Position numbers and translations under genes: made by a program. The notes beneath the pieces are model-generated. The model saw only the letters and a program-made list of their open reading frames with translations. It made no database searches and was not told where the DNA came from. A DNA stretch of 29,045 nt from positions 1-29,045 of the forward strand of contig JBBDJA010000011.1 of the NCBI GenBank assembly GCA_040880105.1, read 5' to 3'. Origin of the DNA: Waddliaceae bacterium. GTDB taxonomy: Bacteria > Chlamydiota > Chlamydiia > Chlamydiales > SLOH01. How positions within the stretch are numbered: the stretch's first letter is position 1; the number at the start of each line of letters is the position of its first letter. Below are positions 26,468 through 29,045 of this stretch, one piece after another.

Positions 26468-27539
26468 GATTTTCATCTTTATAATTACTATTTTTCAATT
26501 CATTCAATTTGCGCATGCAGAGGAAAAGTGGATTGTTTTAACGACTATTTTTTACCCAACTGAGGCACTTAAACAGCTAGTTGATCATGCTGAGCAAGAA
26601 GGTTGGAAAGTTGTAGTTGTAGGGGATAAAAAAACACCTAAGGATTGGAAATATTCAAATGCTATATATTTAAATCCGGATGAACAGAAAGACTTAAATT
26701 ATGAGATAACAAAGCACCTACCGTGGAACCATTATTGTAGAAAAAACATCGGCTACCTTTACGCGATTCAGCATGGAGCTAAGATTATCTATGAAACTGA
26801 CGACGATAACTATCTTCTTCAATTTCCTTACAATGAGAATTTTCCTCAGAAAATAAATACTCTTAACTCTGAACTTGGTACAGTTAATGTGTATCACTAT
26901 TTTGGACAACCCGATATTTGGCCAAGAGGATATCCTTTAGATTTAATTTCATCATCAGGTGAGTATTGGATTGATTCTAAAGAAGTGAGGGTAGATATCA
27001 TCCAAGGACTTGTAAACGAAGACCCAGATGTGGATGCCATTTTTAGACTTACACAAGGTAAAGAGTTTCAATTTTCTCCCAATCCTCCTTGTGCACTGGA
27101 AAAATATGTTATTTGCCCCTTTAACACACAAAATACGATATTTAAATATGATGCATTTTGGGGTTTAGTGATTCCATCTACTACTTCTCAAAGAGTTTGT
27201 GATATTTGGCGAGGACTAATTACACAAAGGTTGCTTTGGGAAATCAATTCTCACCTCGCATTCGTTGCGCCTACAGCTTTTCAAAAAAGAAATCCTCATA
27301 ATCTTATAAGGGATTTCGAGGAAGAAATTCAGCTATATCTACAATCTGGCAAATTAATCAATACTCTCAATAAGTGGACAAGTAGTCAGACTAAAATTGA
27401 TTTATCAATCATTAGTCTGTATGAATGCCTTGAGCGTGAAAAATTTATTAGACAATCTGATGTTATTTTAATCAATGCATGGATAAGTGACTTGAAAAAA
27501 GTAGGATATACATTTCCTGAAATTGCAAAAGAAAATTAA
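26460..27539 (+). CDS. STELLO/DUF288-family putative glycosyltransferase (N-terminal domain); signal peptide
   Basis: KWIVLTTI.YPT, VVVVGDKKTPKDW, RKNIGYLYAIQHGAKIIYETDDDN, WPRGYPL, QGLVNEDPDVDAIFRL, PFNTQNT, RVCDIWRG, QRLLW. GTG 26460 gives MNKIFIFIITIFQFIQFAHA-EEK. Confidence 0.85.
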   Translation: MNKIFIFIITIFQFIQFAHAEEKWIVLTTIFYPTEALKQLVDHAEQEGWKVVVVGDKKTPKDWKYSNAIYLNPDEQKDLNYEITKHLPWNHYCRKNIGYLYAIQHGAKIIYETDDDNYLLQFPYNENFPQKINTLNSELGTVNVYHYFGQPDIWPRGYPLDLISSSGEYWIDSKEVRVDIIQGLVNEDPDVDAIFRLTQGKEFQFSPNPPCALEKYVICPFNTQNTIFKYDAFWGLVIPSTTSQRVCDIWRGLITQRLLWEINSHLAFVAPTAFQKRNPHNLIRDFEEEIQLYLQSGKLINTLNKWTSSQTKIDLSIISLYECLEREKFIRQSDVILINAWISDLKKVGYTFPEIAKEN

Positions 27540-27555
27540 GAGTATACATTTCCTG
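27507..27555. repeat. 13-bp direct repeat TATACATTTCCTG
   Basis: Copies at 27507-27519 and 27543-27555, spanning the STELLO-like stop codon. Confidence 0.85.
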
Positions 27556-27992
27556 TTTATTGATGAGCTATTAGGAGATTTTGAAAAAAAATAGTCAGAA
27601 TTGCTCAATGCTACTCCTTTCATGGTTGGAAGAACTTAGGTTATGATTGCTTAAGGGATGGGGAGTTCAATTTTGAAAAAAGATACCAACTTAAAAATAT
27701 TGGTAATCTCTATTTTGTAAATCTCCGTTTTGATGATATCAAAAATTGGGAGAAAATTGTAAGATCACTGGATGTACCTCTAGATCTTAGTCATTTCAAT
27801 ATAGTGTCACGCAATCAATCACAAAATAAATGGTATCGTGAAATTTATAGAGAATTTCTTAAGAAATTTACTCTTTCTCAAAATAATTTTGATCAAATCT
27901 TAAATAATAACCGAGAAGAGATGTTGCATTTTTACAAAGAAAAGGAAGTCCAGCGGTTTATCGATAGGTGGAAACCCTTCATTCGTAATTAA
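27556..27992 (+). pseudogene. 5'-truncated, frameshifted NKWYS-type (putative capsular polysaccharide synthesis, sulfotransferase-like) gene
   Basis: Frame is open 27585-27992 (FNFEKRY...LRFDDIKNW...NQSQNKWYREIYREF...HFY..KEVQRFIDRW) with no start codon in its first 73 codons. FIDELLGDFEKK joins it if the A8 run at 27584-27591 gains one A. Confidence 0.6.
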
Positions 27993-28201
27993 ATACGCTT
28001 TTAGAATAGCTGTTGGGTGATAAAAACTCGATAGGGTGGCTAAATATCTCTAGATAATTATGGTGATACAGGCTTGCGTCTATCACAACAAGCCTTAATC
28101 TTAGACAAAGATTGGTCGTATTTGTCCGGTGTATTCATCAAGTACTATAAAGCCTCGTTGGAAAGCTTCGTCTTAGTAATTTTTTTTTACAAAATAATTA
28201 A

Positions 28202-29044
28202 TTACCATTCTGCATTTTGTTCATAACCAAATTGGGTTAACAGATGATTGTATGATTTTTTAAATGCACGCTTGTTTTCATCGTTAAAAAATATCTTCCA
28301 ATTCCCAATCTGCCCTGGAGTGAATAGCATTCCATTATATTCTTTCTGTACCCCTGAAGTTCTATACAACTCAATTGCTACTTGTGTAATCTCATCTTCA
28401 CTGATATCCATATTTGTAAAAGAAGCTATATCCATTATTGTTTGAAGTTGAACATCATCATTCCCACCACCTTGTGATCCTATTAAATCTTCAAACTTCA
28501 CAATAAGAGTACGAGGGTATTCTGACCATGGTAACAATCGGCTATACCAGTTTTTTAGGTAAGATTTGCAGTTTTTTCCAACGATAACAGCATATAATTT
28601 CTCATCAAATGTTAAAGAGTCCCAATCATCGGGAACAGTAAAAAAATCCCTTGTTTTTTCCCCATTTTTCCATTTGTCCATATAAAAAACAAAAGAAACA
28701 CATGCATCTCTTGGATCTCTACATTGAAATATGTTTTTATAACCTAGTTTATAAAGTGAGGAAGCAAAGTTTCCACTATAATGATGGCACTTTAATATTG
28801 CATTTTTTTGTTTTGCAATTTTCAAAGATTTTATAAATTCTTCAGTAGTCCCTCCAACTAATCCAACAATCCCTTTATTTGTCATTAAGTTGATGCATCT
28901 CATTAGAAGGTGTGTTCCACATTTTGGTATTGGTGTCAGGATGAAATTGCTATGAAGTGTTTCTTTTTCTAATCCATAGGTTTTACCTATAGGTTGAGTC
29001 CATAAAATTGTGTAAATTCGGTGATCACTGAGAAAAAAATGGTG
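28202..29044 (-). CDS. Sulfotransferase-domain protein; reading frame open to the window end
   Basis: Upstream of the annotated Met the frame continues NFILTPIPKCGTHLL (5'-PSB motif). Also RDPRDACVS (3'-PB), VKFEDL, GQIGNWK. No stop up to 29044. Confidence 0.88.
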   Translation of the reverse strand, partial: HHFFLSDHRIYTILWTQPIGKTYGLEKETLHSNFILTPIPKCGTHLLMRCINLMTNKGIVGLVGGTTEEFIKSLKIAKQKNAILKCHHYSGNFASSLYKLGYKNIFQCRDPRDACVSFVFYMDKWKNGEKTRDFFTVPDDWDSLTFDEKLYAVIVGKNCKSYLKNWYSRLLPWSEYPRTLIVKFEDLIGSQGGGNDDVQLQTIMDIASFTNMDISEDEITQVAIELYRTSGVQKEYNGMLFTPGQIGNWKIFFNDENKRAFKKSYNHLLTQFGYEQNAEW

Positions 29045-29045
29045 A

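Noticed and set aside
29033..29045. Minus-strand TCACCA followed by a T run, resembling a tRNA 3' end at an island border
   Set aside because: Only 6 nt are visible and they lie in the open sulfotransferase frame.
1..29045. CRISPR array, rRNA/tRNA, transposase, integrase, phage or defence genes (including DinG as type IV CRISPR-associated)
   Set aside because: No repeat-spacer array or recognisable motifs; DinG is a housekeeping Fe-S type downstream of rpoD with no cas genes nearby.

Overview
Bacterial chromosomal window, most likely from an environmental member of the Chlamydiae. This is an inference from the sigma66-like RpoD, the rpoD / membrane coiled-coil protein / rpsT order, mcsA-mcsB without ctsR or clpC, and a Cys-rich Lpg1974/MOMP-like porin. 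It has four blocks. (1) 1-8796: a tightly coupled respiratory operon: fused cytochrome b6+subunit IV, a 1272-aa seven-CxxCH cytochrome c, cbb3 oxidase CcoN, an enlarged CcoO, an embedded GT92 glycosyltransferase, an unannotated CcoS-like peptide and a heme-less CcoP-N-like peptide. (2) 8864-13040: a variable zone downstream of dinG with an orphan amphipathic-repeat protein, a sulfotransferase 3' remnant, a methyltransferase-like gene, and a 2.6-kb cassette (BclA-like collagen protein + Cys-rich outer-membrane protein) bracketed by a direct duplication of the dinG 3' end. (3) 13041-24322: core genes dinG, rpoD, coiA, membrane protein, aldose-epimerase-like, RluA-family synthase, rpsT, CocE/NonD hydrolase, mcsB (catalytic motifs degenerate) and mcsA. 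(4) 24480-end: an AT-rich glycan locus with a signal-peptide-bearing Gmd, a STELLO/DUF288-like protein split into two signal-peptide-bearing genes in reversed order, a broken NKWYS-type gene and a sulfotransferase. No rRNA, tRNA, CRISPR array, transposase or integrase was seen. All family assignments are from motif recognition by eye; no searches were run.
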